Source: Chloroflexota bacterium (GTDB lineage: Bacteria; Chloroflexota; UBA11872; VXOZ01). Taken from it: a stretch of DNA of 64,000 bases. The stretch's first letter is position 1. Every line of letters begins with the position of its first letter. Position numbers and translations under genes: made by a program. The notes under the pieces were generated by a model, which was not told the DNA's origin, searched no databases, and worked only from the letters and a program-made list of their open reading frames with translations. Below, in pieces: positions 29,346 through 38,702 of this stretch. Location of the stretch: assembly GCA_965221905.1 (NCBI GenBank), contig OZ244922.1:416001-480000 (forward strand), given 5' to 3'.

Positions 29346-31376
29346 ATGAGAGAGTTTTCAAAAGAGTTGACTTATGTTAGACAAGCCTTCGCAGATGGCC
29401 ATGCTTTACTCGTCGGAGAAGGCAGGAACCAGCGTATTCAGTATGTTGATTCAGACCACTCCGATCGTTGGGCCGACCCAGAGGAGAAAGTTCGGGCCGA
29501 ATTGTGGGCAGAGTTGATTTATAAGTACGACTATTCGCCAAACCGGATTCGCTTTGAGGTCAATGTTCCTCGTCGCACGCCAAACGACTTTGCTGACCTG
29601 GTGATTTATAGTGACGAGGAACTAAAGCAACCCTATTTTGTTTTTGAGTGCAAACGTGCAGACGTGTCTGACACTGAATTCAATCAATCTATAGAGCAAT
29701 CGTGTGGCAACCGCGCCAGCTTGGGGGCGCAATTCAGTGGGGCTGTTGCTGGTCTGACCCGACGCCTATTGCGATTTGACGCTTTCCCCCCTGGTGAGCG
29801 CGACAAGAACCATCTCACAGACATTCCCATACGCTACGGCAATCTAGCTGAGTGGCGCTTCTATAAGAACGAACAAGGCCGCGACCTTGCCGCCGTTCCG
29901 CGTGAAGGGTTGCGCGCCGCTATTCGCAAGTGCCATCAAACGCTTTGGGAGGGTGGCCGCCGCAGCCCTATTGAGGCGTTCGGTGAGTTCTCTAAGCTCG
30001 TCTTCATCAAGCACCGTGACGAAAAGAAACTGGAGCGCAAGAACGGCGAACCGTACGCATTCCAACGCCGCGATGGAGAGACTGCCGTCGAACTTGCTGA
30101 CCGCATTTTCGAACTCTACGACGCTGAAAAGGAACGGGAGCCGGACGTGTTCTCCGATCGCATCAACGTTGACGCAGCTATCGTCGCGCAGTGCGTGGAG
30201 CACCTGGAGGGCATTTCGCTCGACCGTACGGAACTCGACACCAAGGGCGTCGCATTTGAGGAATTCATGGGCGGTTTCTTTAAAGGTGACTTTGGACAAT
30301 ATTTCACGCCCCGCGAACTCATTGCCTTTGCTGTGGAGATGATTGACCCAAAACGAGATGACCAAATCCTCGACCCCGCCTGTGGGTCTGGCGGCTTCTT
30401 GCTTTACGCCCTTGATCATATTCGTCGCGAGGCCACTGAGTACTACGAAACTGACACCGTCGACCACTTCCGATTCTGGCACGACTTTGCGGAGAACTAC
30501 CTTTTTGGTATTGACATTTATGATGCGCTTGTGCGGGTCGCCAAGATGAATATGATCATCCACGATGACGGACACACTAACATCCTCGGCCATGACGCTC
30601 TTGACTTCATTGAAGAAATTCAGGGACAGAATTCCGGCATCACCAAAGAGAAATTCGACCTTATCCTCACCAATCCACCCTTTGGTTCGGTCATCAAGCG
30701 TATAGAAAAGGGAGACGCCTATATTGAGCAATTTGAACTGCGCCACTACCTCAGCAAACAATGGCCTCTATACACTGAAGTAACAGGGACTGATGTTGAA
30801 ATTGGAGCGAAAGGTGGGGCAAGAGCTGTAAGGGAGCGCGCAAGCATTAGAACGGAAATTGTGTTCCTAGAGCGCATTCACACTTTTCTCAAGCCAGGTC
30901 TTGGCCGCGCTGCAGTAGTGCTACCCGATGGAATTCTAACGAACTCCTCCCTCCTGGGGGTGCGTCATTGGCTGCTCGCCCACTTTCAAATCTTGGCAGT
31001 TGTTAGCCTTCCCGACTTCGCCTTTCAGCACTATGACGCTGGTGTGAAGTCAAGTATTGTGTTCCTGCGTCGACTTCACGTTGGCGAGACGGTACCCGAA
31101 GACGTTGCTATATTCATGGCCCTTGCTGAAAACATCGGCTACGACGCAACTGGTCGTAAGACCTTTAAAGTGACAGTGGAGAAAGAAGTGCCAGGCAAGA
31201 CGATGATTGAACGGCAAAGCTGTGACCTATTCGACTATCGGGTTTTCTACGAGTGGAGCAATACAAATCCGGAGGAGCCCGCATGGAGTGAGCGCCGTCG
31301 AGAAATTATCCCCAATACAGGCCTCGTTGCTCAGTGGCGTGCATTCCAGCAGGACCCGACACCTTTTTTCGTATAG
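29346..31376 (+). CDS. fused endonuclease-N6-adenine methyltransferase (HSDR_N-like + N6_Mtase), Type IIB/IIG-like RM subunit
   Basis: PEEKVR, AD...ECK nuclease motif; GQYFTPR, DPACGSGGFL, TNPPFG; AAGGAG RBS. Confidence 0.9.
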   Translation: MREFSKELTYVRQAFADGHALLVGEGRNQRIQYVDSDHSDRWADPEEKVRAELWAELIYKYDYSPNRIRFEVNVPRRTPNDFADLVIYSDEELKQPYFVFECKRADVSDTEFNQSIEQSCGNRASLGAQFSGAVAGLTRRLLRFDAFPPGERDKNHLTDIPIRYGNLAEWRFYKNEQGRDLAAVPREGLRAAIRKCHQTLWEGGRRSPIEAFGEFSKLVFIKHRDEKKLERKNGEPYAFQRRDGETAVELADRIFELYDAEKEREPDVFSDRINVDAAIVAQCVEHLEGISLDRTELDTKGVAFEEFMGGFFKGDFGQYFTPRELIAFAVEMIDPKRDDQILDPACGSGGFLLYALDHIRREATEYYETDTVDHFRFWHDFAENYLFGIDIYDALVRVAKMNMIIHDDGHTNILGHDALDFIEEIQGQNSGITKEKFDLILTNPPFGSVIKRIEKGDAYIEQFELRHYLSKQWPLYTEVTGTDVEIGAKGGARAVRERASIRTEIVFLERIHTFLKPGLGRAAVVLPDGILTNSSLLGVRHWLLAHFQILAVVSLPDFAFQHYDAGVKSSIVFLRRLHVGETVPEDVAIFMALAENIGYDATGRKTFKVTVEKEVPGKTMIERQSCDLFDYRVFYEWSNTNPEEPAWSERRREIIPNTGLVAQWRAFQQDPTPFFV

Positions 31377-31423
31377 GCCCCGCTAAGGCAGCAGAAGCAA
31401 AAGCATTTGCGCTTAGGCGGGGC
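31351..31423 (+). promoter_or_regulatory. candidate -1 programmed ribosomal frameshift signal
   Basis: AGGA 31351-54; in-frame heptamer T_TTT_TTC 31364-70; 6-nt spacer containing the TAG stop; stem-loop 31377-31423. Confidence 0.7.
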
Positions 31424-32005
31424 AGCACCCAGGGACGGTTGGACGCGAAATTCCATTTTGATCACGAACGACTGCGCTCTCGAATAGATTCAACCCCAAT
31501 ACCCAAACCGAAGTTAGGTGAGGTCTTGGTCTCGATCGCGAGCGGCGCGACGCCCAGACGAAGTGACTCTTCACTTTACACTAGCACGGGAGTCAAGTTT
31601 CTACGAATCTTGAATGTTCAAGATGGTGAAATCTTAGAAGAAAATGTGAAGTATATCACTGACGCCGTTCATGAGGGCAGTCTTCGTCGTTCTCAGCTTG
31701 CATCAGGTGACGTCCTGATGACTATTACCGGTAGAGTGGGATCAGCAGCGGTTGTTCGAGAAAACAATCTTCCTGCTAACATCAATCAGCATGTCGTTCG
31801 CTTGAGGATTGATACTCGACGTTGCTTGCCGGAATTCCTCTCTGCCTGGCTGAATTGCCCAGCTGGACTTGAACTCTCAAACCACCCCGTGTCAGGAGGC
31901 ACGCGGTCTGCACTCGACTACGGTGCCATTCGAGATTTACGTGTTCCTTTGCCGGAGTCGTTACGGGCTCAAGAAAAGCTACTTTGCAACCTAGGAAAGG
32001 TCTGA
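31370..32005 (+). pseudogene. specificity subunit (HsdS-like) first half, TRD1; interrupted by IS
   Basis: RLDAKFH, KLGEV..IASGATP, GDVLMTITGRVG, NINQHV, LRVPLP; -1 frame relative to the RM gene, no SD-backed start. Confidence 0.8.
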
Positions 32006-33180
32006 GCAAGTCGGGATATGCATCGGTTTATGGGTATGTGCGGGATTGTGGGGTGGTTTGAGGTGTGTCTTGGCATGTGGGAGGGGCTGTTTTGGCTTTG
32101 ATGCGGTCCCGTTGGAAGCGCAATACGCTCCTGGCCGTGTTTTGGGCGCACTGCTCCCGTGTCATGTTGCCAACTGGCGTGCGGCCGTCATCACATTGGT
32201 CAGCCCCAGCAGCAACGCCAGCCGTTGCCTGTTCTTGGACAGACCCCGGTAGCGCACCGTGGCGTAGCCGAAGTGCCGCTTCACCCACAGGAACGGATGC
32301 TCTACTTTGGCCCTAACCGATGCTTTGCGCTGCTCTGCCAGCGCCGCCGCGCTCTCAGGCGCCAGTTTCCGCCGCAGCCCCGGCTTGAGCGCCACCTGCC
32401 ACGCTACGGCGCGCCCCTGATGCTCCGGTCGCTTCTGCACCCCCACGTACCCGGCGTCTCCCCACACCTGCTGCTCTGCGCCGTGCAGCAACGCCGCCGC
32501 TTGCGTTACGTCGTGCACGTTGGCCGATGTGGTGGTGAAGCTATGCACGAGCCCCGTCTGTGCGTCGACGCCGATGTGCAGCTTCATCCCAAAGTAATAC
32601 TGGTTCCCCTTCTTCACCTGCCGCATCGCCGGGTCTCGCTCCCCCTCTCGGTTCTTCGTCGATGTCGGCGCCGCGATGATGGTCGCGTCCACTACCGTCC
32701 CCGCTCGCAGCCGCAAGCCCCGACCTGCCAAATGCGCGTTGATCTCCGCCAACAACCCCTCTCCTAACCGGTGCTTCTCCAGCAAATGCCGAAAGTGCAG
32801 AATAGTCGTCTCGTCCGGCAGCGCCTCTGACAGCCGCAGCCCCACGAACCGCCGCACCGGTTCTACCTCGTACAGCATGTCCTCCATCCCAGGATCGCTC
32901 AGGTTGTAGAACAACTGCACGCAGTGTATCCGCAGCATTACCGACAAGGGATACGGCCGCCGCCCCCGCCCTGGCTTGGGATAGTACGGCGCAATGCGCG
33001 CCTCCATCTCCGCCCACGGGAGCAGCGCGTCCATCCGCTCCAAGAACTTCTCCCGGCGCGTCTTGCGCTTCTTCTGCGCGTACTCCAAGTCGGCAAACGT
33101 CGGTTGCTCCATTACCCAGCTCCTCACCGTATCCTGCTTTCTTGCTATGATACTATGCCAGGGACTTGTTCAGAGTTTTC
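31995..33180 (-). mobile_element. IS5-family insertion sequence inserted at CTAG
   Basis: Imperfect terminal IRs GAAAGGTCTGAGCAAGTC / GACTTGTTCAGAGTTTTC; CTAG on both flanks (31991-94, 33181-84). Confidence 0.92.
32162..33112 (-). CDS. IS5-family DDE transposase
   Basis: QPTFAD..KKRKTRREKFL, PDETTI, VDATII, GMKLHIGVD, GDAGY, RAKVEHPF, RYRGL. Confidence 0.95.
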   Translation of the reverse strand: MEQPTFADLEYAQKKRKTRREKFLERMDALLPWAEMEARIAPYYPKPGRGRRPYPLSVMLRIHCVQLFYNLSDPGMEDMLYEVEPVRRFVGLRLSEALPDETTILHFRHLLEKHRLGEGLLAEINAHLAGRGLRLRAGTVVDATIIAAPTSTKNREGERDPAMRQVKKGNQYYFGMKLHIGVDAQTGLVHSFTTTSANVHDVTQAAALLHGAEQQVWGDAGYVGVQKRPEHQGRAVAWQVALKPGLRRKLAPESAAALAEQRKASVRAKVEHPFLWVKRHFGYATVRYRGLSKNRQRLALLLGLTNVMTAARQLAT

Positions 33181-33183
33181 CTA

Positions 33184-33972
33184 GATAAAGCTCGAGAAGA
33201 GCGAAATGCAAACCTGTCAGCAGCAAGAGACCTGCTGGCTGGCATTGACGGTTTTCTTCTAGGTGCGCTTAACATTGACTCACCGCCCAAAGACTCACGC
33301 CGAGTCTTTGCGGTTCGTCATGAACAATCGCGTGACCAAGGGCGGCTTGACCCGGATTACTATCACCCGGAGCGAATGCTGACCTTAGATCGACTCAGCG
33401 CGGACTTTACGAAGATGACAGTCCTCTCCCTGGCAGAGGTAGCCAGTTTCGAGCGCAACCAAATCAGGACACCCATAGATAACTACCTTGGCCTTGCAAG
33501 CATTCAGAGCGACACAGGAGAAATCACTGATTCCATAGAAACCGCACGAGGTGCCTGTTTTATCTTTCGGCCAGATGATGTTCTATTTGCCCGTTTACGG
33601 CCGTATCTCAACAAAGTATATTGCGCAGAGGAGGATGGTTGTTGCTCGACTGAATTCCATGTCCTTAGGGTAAAGGACTTCAATTTGCTGCTTCCAGAAT
33701 ACTTGGCGGTTATCTTGCGTAGTCGACTTGTCCTCGCGCAGACCACTCACATGGTGACTGGTAACACACATCCTCGCCTTGCAAGCGAGGATGTGGCGAA
33801 TCTCAGAATTCCGGTTCCAAGCAGGGAAGTCCAAGCCTCAATCATTACAGAAGTCCGTCAACGCCGTGATTTGGCACGTCATAAAAGGGGTCAAGCTGAA
33901 GCAAGTTGGATGAATGCCAAATTGCAGTTCCAAGAGCAACTGTTAGATCCGGACATCTCTGCTGATGTCTAA
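33184..33972 (+). pseudogene. specificity subunit second half (linker helix + TRD2)
   Basis: RLDPDYY, DVLFARLRPYLNK, STEFHVL, LRIPVP..EVQ; joins the first half in frame when the IS is removed. Confidence 0.82.
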
Positions 33973-34192
33973 ATTTCCACACTTCCTCACGGCTACACTT
34001 GAGACATTCTACGATCCGATTCTCCTGATCTGATTCCTGCACATTTCGTTGTTTGCCAAATAACGTATGGGCCTGATTTTGCTACTGTCCGGTTCAGTGG
34101 CAGCTAGTCTTGGATCCTTCCATAGTGTCAAAGTGCCCCAACCAAACTCTCTTCTTGCCCGCAGAGCGCCTCACATATAGGATAGTCCAGCA

Positions 34193-36385
34193 ATGACTCG
34201 AATCTTGGGGCCGGCGTTTCTTGTCGGCATCGTACTGGGGACTCTCTTGCCGCCGTTTCCGTTGGTGGTGCTTGCGCTCTTGCTGGTGAGCGGCCTCGGT
34301 TTGGCAGTCGCCGGTACCCGCACCATTGCGCTGGGCGCTCTGATCCTCGTTGCCGCTGCGCTGGGCATGAGTCGCTACCATGGCACGGCGACTGCAACTG
34401 CTGCCAATCCGTTGGAACCCTATCTCGAACAGACTGTCACCATCCGCGGCTGGGTGGCATCCGAGCCGCTGCGCTCAGACCGCAGCACCCGGGTGAAGTT
34501 TCGCGCGGAGGCCCTGCGGATAGGCGACACCTGGCAGCCGGTGTCCGGCCGGGTTTGGGTGACGCTATCTCCCAGGTTCCCGGCGCGCTACGGCATGGCG
34601 TGGGAGGTAGCCGGGCGGCTGGAAGCAGTGGAGAGCGTCAATAGTCCTGGGTACCAGCGCTACTTGGAGCGGTTGGGCATTCAGGCATTGCTGGCATTTC
34701 CGCGGGTGGAGTTTGTGCCGGGCGAACGCGGCCAGCCGATCTTGCGCGCGCTCTACGGGGTGAAGGAGTGGCTTCTCGCCACTATGGAAGAGATCCTGCC
34801 GCGTCCCCACGCGCCGTTGCTCCAGGGGATTCTGCTCGGCGCACGCGCGGGCATACCCGCCACGCTGCGGCAGGCGTTCGATCTCTCCGGCACAACGCAT
34901 CTCATCGCCATTTCCGGTTTCAACATGACCATCGTCGCCATCATGCTAGAGAGCATTACGCGCCGTCTCCTTGGCAGACGGGCACTCTGGCTGAGCATGG
35001 GCGGTGTAGTGCTCTATACGATCTTGGTCGGCGCGAACCCGGCGGTAGTGCGCGCCGCGATCATGGCAATTCTGCTGCTCTTCGCCGCCACATTGGGACG
35101 CGACCGCGACCCCTGGTCGGCGCTTTCTCTGGCAGCGGTAGCCATGACTGCCTGGGACCCAAGTATCCTGTGGGACGTGGGCTTTCAGCTTTCAGTGGCT
35201 GCAACAGCCGGGCTGCTCGTGCTATCGGAGCCGCTGCATAGTCGGCTGCGCTGGCTCCCGTCGCCGCTAGCGGCGATTGTCGCGCCCACGCTTGCCGCGC
35301 AGCTCTTTGTTCTTCCCTTGTTAATATACGTATTCGGTCGGGTGTCGCCGTTCTTTCTCGTGAGCAACATCCTGGCCCTGCCGCTCATTCCGTGGATCAT
35401 GCTCAGTGGCGCTGTGGCAACGGCAGTGGGCCTTGTCCACACCGCTACCGGTCAGGTCTTGGCATGGAGCGCCTACCTGCCTATGGAGGCCTTTATTCGC
35501 ATCGCGACGGAGGTCAGCCGCTGGCCGTCGTTTACTATTGCCGCAGGCGGGTTGCTTCCGGCCCTGCTCGCCACGGTGCTGACGGTGCTGATAGTGGTCT
35601 GGACGAGCCGCAGGGTGCAGCGACCCGCTGGGCCCCGCCGCATCGGGAGTGTTCCTATTTCCTGGACCACAATCTTCAGTCTCGGCACGGTTGGCAGCAT
35701 CCTGCTCGTAATGTGGGGCAGCATGGCGGCGGAGCTGGGCCGTCAACCCAGCGTGACATTGCTCGAACGTTCCCTGGGCAGCGCCGTCCTCATCGAGACC
35801 CCGCACCGTCAGCCGCTGCTCATCGGCTATCGTGAGCCGCCCAGCCGCTATGACTTGGACCGCTTGCTGCCCATCTGGCAGCGCAACCGCGCGCTCTGGA
35901 TCGGCGGTAGCGGGACGTTGCCGCCTCGGGATACCATCTCGAGCGCCTTGCTGCATGAAGGGGAACAGTGGGTATTGCAATCACCGGCCGCGAAAGACCG
36001 TTTGCCTTTTGGAGATCAGTATCGCATCGCGCTAAGCACTACAGACGATGTTCAAATCAATGCCGGAAGCGCACCGGAGACGAAGCTTGTCCGATTTGGC
36101 AGCCAGCAACTTGCTATCATACAAGCAAATGCAACCGTACAGCATATGCAGCCGGTTGAAGTGCTCATCGTGCAAGGCGCAATCACGCCGGCCCGGCTGG
36201 CGCACTTCATAGCAACGTTGCAGCCGCGCTTGCTATTGTTGGATGAACCGTGGCTGGATGAAAGTGACGCCCAGTGGAGGGCACGGGGAATTAAGGTTGT
36301 CCGGCCTCCAACTCGCGGCTACGTGACGCTCCGATGGGATGGCGTGACGTGGCTGATAGAACCGTCTGAAAGGGAAGAGCTATGA
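34193..36385 (+). CDS. comEC: ComEC/Rec2 competence protein
   Basis: GTTHLIAISGFN, PAVVRAAIM, DVGFQLS, many TM segments. Confidence 0.9.
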   Translation: MTRILGPAFLVGIVLGTLLPPFPLVVLALLLVSGLGLAVAGTRTIALGALILVAAALGMSRYHGTATATAANPLEPYLEQTVTIRGWVASEPLRSDRSTRVKFRAEALRIGDTWQPVSGRVWVTLSPRFPARYGMAWEVAGRLEAVESVNSPGYQRYLERLGIQALLAFPRVEFVPGERGQPILRALYGVKEWLLATMEEILPRPHAPLLQGILLGARAGIPATLRQAFDLSGTTHLIAISGFNMTIVAIMLESITRRLLGRRALWLSMGGVVLYTILVGANPAVVRAAIMAILLLFAATLGRDRDPWSALSLAAVAMTAWDPSILWDVGFQLSVAATAGLLVLSEPLHSRLRWLPSPLAAIVAPTLAAQLFVLPLLIYVFGRVSPFFLVSNILALPLIPWIMLSGAVATAVGLVHTATGQVLAWSAYLPMEAFIRIATEVSRWPSFTIAAGGLLPALLATVLTVLIVVWTSRRVQRPAGPRRIGSVPISWTTIFSLGTVGSILLVMWGSMAAELGRQPSVTLLERSLGSAVLIETPHRQPLLIGYREPPSRYDLDRLLPIWQRNRALWIGGSGTLPPRDTISSALLHEGEQWVLQSPAAKDRLPFGDQYRIALSTTDDVQINAGSAPETKLVRFGSQQLAIIQANATVQHMQPVEVLIVQGAITPARLAHFIATLQPRLLLLDEPWLDESDAQWRARGIKVVRPPTRGYVTLRWDGVTWLIEPSEREEL

Positions 36386-37206
36386 TTCGAAAGCTAGCAG
36401 TCGTCGGTGGCGGGGCGATGGGCGAGGCGCTCTTGGCTGCCGCAATCGCCCAAGACGTGTGCCGTGCGGACGCGATTGCGGTCGGTGAGCCCATGGCGAG
36501 TCGCCGCGCGCATCTCGCAGAAACACACGGCGTCAACGTGGACGAAGATAATGCCGCGGTAGTGGCGGGAGCCGATGTCGCCATTCTCGCCGTGAAACCG
36601 CAGCAGATCAAGGAAGCGCTGCCACCGCTGCGGGATGCGCTATCGCAGGATGCGCTCGCGGTCTCCATTATGGCGGGCGTTCCACTGGACACGATCACGT
36701 CGCTCTTGGAACACCGGCGCAGCGTGCGCGCCATGCCCAGCATTCTGGCGACGATTGGGGAAGCCGCAACGGTGTGGACGGCTACTGCCGACACAACACC
36801 GGAGCAACATGCCCAAGCGCAGGCGCTCTTTCGAGCTGCGGGTCTGGAGCTGTTCGTACCGGACGAGCATTATCTGGACATGGCGACCGCCGTAAACGGT
36901 AGCGGCCCGGGATTCGTCTTTCTGCTAATCGAAGCCCTCATTGACGGCGCAGTGCGTGTCGGCCTACCCAGGGAAACGGCTGCGGCGCTCATCGTGCAGA
37001 CGGTAAAAGGGTCAGCGCTGATGGCGCAGAACGAAGAGAGACACCTTGCCGAACTCCGCAATCTGGTCACTTCTCCGGGTGGCACCACGGCTGAGGGCCT
37101 GCAGGCTTTGGAGCAAGGCGGCGTGCGCGCGGCGTTGCAAGATGCAGTCATGGCGGCGTACCGCCGCTCCCAGGAACTCGCCGCGCCGGATTCAGACAAG
37201 CACTGA
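36382..37206 (+). CDS. proC: pyrroline-5-carboxylate reductase
   Basis: GGGAMG, LAVKPQ, SIMAG, RAMP, GSGPGF, VTSPGGTT. Confidence 0.95.
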   Translation: MIRKLAVVGGGAMGEALLAAAIAQDVCRADAIAVGEPMASRRAHLAETHGVNVDEDNAAVVAGADVAILAVKPQQIKEALPPLRDALSQDALAVSIMAGVPLDTITSLLEHRRSVRAMPSILATIGEAATVWTATADTTPEQHAQAQALFRAAGLELFVPDEHYLDMATAVNGSGPGFVFLLIEALIDGAVRVGLPRETAAALIVQTVKGSALMAQNEERHLAELRNLVTSPGGTTAEGLQALEQGGVRAALQDAVMAAYRRSQELAAPDSDKH

Positions 37207-37238
37207 GCGGTTTGGACAACGCCTCAACTCTTCTTCAT

Positions 37239-37369
37239 TGGGAAAGCAGGAGACGGTGCCCCACTGAGAAAGCATGGGCAGCACCCCACTGGGAAAGCAC
37301 GGGACGGCGCCCCACTGGGAAAGCACGGGACGGTGCCGCAACCGTTCGTGCTGAGCCTGTCGAAGTACC
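37239..37369. repeat. 4 x ~26-bp tandem repeat (TGGGAAAGCACGGGACGGYGCCCCAC) followed by a REP-like GTGCTGAGCCTGTCGAAGTAC
   Basis: Units at 37239, 37265, 37290, 37316 between convergent genes. Confidence 0.75.
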
Positions 37370-37444
37370 AACGGTTGACGCAAGGCGCGTTCGGCAGAGA
37401 AGAGTCACAAAACCATTCCAGTCTTCCTGTCGTGCCCGCATTTC

Positions 37445-38500
37445 CTACAGCCAGCGCCTTAGCCAGTCCACCGCCAGCGTACCGTGCCACTGGTGTTCGC
37501 CTTCAAAGACGTCAAGCGCCAGCCGATCCCGCGCATCGAGCAGCGCGTAGACCTTCGCGAGCTTCTCATGCGCATCGTGCACACCGGGGAGCGGGAAGAT
37601 CGGGTCTTCCGTGCCCGCTTCGATGAGCAGCGGACGGGGGGCGATGAGCGCACCGACGTCGGCCATCTCCGCGTGCTGCAGAATGCCTGGGATGTAGTTG
37701 TCCTCGCAGTGGCGCATCGCCATGATCGACCACTGCCACGTGCAGAAGTAACCGCTTATGACCGCCGTTGTGATGCGGGCATCCATCGCCGTGGCGAAGG
37801 TCGTTACCGTGCCGCCGCCGGAAAGGCCCACGCATGCCAGCGTTTCGAGGTTGGCAAGACCGGTTTGGCCGGTATATTGCTCCGCATAGTCGATTACGCG
37901 CATGACGTCCCACACGCGCATGCCAACCATGGTGCGGCCGAGCATTAGCGCATTCATGCTCGCCTGGCGGCATGAGGATTGGCCCGGCGACTGCGCCACG
38001 TCCTCCATTTCGCGGCGTTCGCCGAACGCGCGCTGCTCCGGCGCAAGCACGAGAAAGCCCTGCTGGGCAAGCTGGCGGCCGTAGTCATGGTTGCAGTTTC
38101 TGATGTGCGCCGCTACGTGCTCGTCCTGCGGCTCGCCGATGACCTCCTGCACGCCGGACCCGTGACCGTGCAGCGCAATCACGGCGGGATAGGGTGCTTG
38201 CCCCGTTTGCGGCGTTAGCACATAGAAAGGCAGGCGGACGCCGGGCTCACTCGTTATTTCGACCTTCTGCTGGAGGTAGCCATCTTTCTCAACAGTAGCG
38301 AGCACCTGCGGCGCGAGATCACCCCGCGGCCAGTTGAAGCCGCCAAGCAGTGTCGCCACCTTGGCTCGTAGCGCAGCTTGCCATTGCGTGAAACCCGCCT
38401 GCCCAATGGCAGCGTAGTCGTGTGTGGGAACGGTTTGGTCGTATACTTGGCGCACGTGCGTTAGAGGCGCATACTGTGCGGGTGTGGTCGATTCGGACAT
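37445..38500 (-). CDS. alpha/beta hydrolase (dienelactone hydrolase/Abhydrolase_7-like)
   Basis: ALHGHG, nucleophile GLSGGG, IAPRPL..G..D, C-terminal His (GEH). Confidence 0.85.
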   Translation of the reverse strand: MSESTTPAQYAPLTHVRQVYDQTVPTHDYAAIGQAGFTQWQAALRAKVATLLGGFNWPRGDLAPQVLATVEKDGYLQQKVEITSEPGVRLPFYVLTPQTGQAPYPAVIALHGHGSGVQEVIGEPQDEHVAAHIRNCNHDYGRQLAQQGFLVLAPEQRAFGERREMEDVAQSPGQSSCRQASMNALMLGRTMVGMRVWDVMRVIDYAEQYTGQTGLANLETLACVGLSGGGTVTTFATAMDARITTAVISGYFCTWQWSIMAMRHCEDNYIPGILQHAEMADVGALIAPRPLLIEAGTEDPIFPLPGVHDAHEKLAKVYALLDARDRLALDVFEGEHQWHGTLAVDWLRRWL

Positions 38501-38702
38501 GCCGTTGTCTCCAGATAGCTTCTTCGCGATTGTGTTTGGGTTGGCAGCAGTATTTCGCAGTATTATACTTGAACAATGGTGATTGATATTATTGTAGCTC
38601 GTGATGGCAATAGTTGTAGTCACGAGAAAAGAGCGTAAAGATCACGAGTTCGGGAAAATGTAACAACGATTCGCTACCAATTCACGCTAGGTAGTCTTCC
38701 TG

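Noticed and set aside
31334-31369. GTG 31334 as the true start of the specificity subunit
   Set aside because: It has no SD, overlaps the RM gene by 43 nt and gives an atypical N-terminus. The frameshift explains the data better, but this start is not formally excluded.
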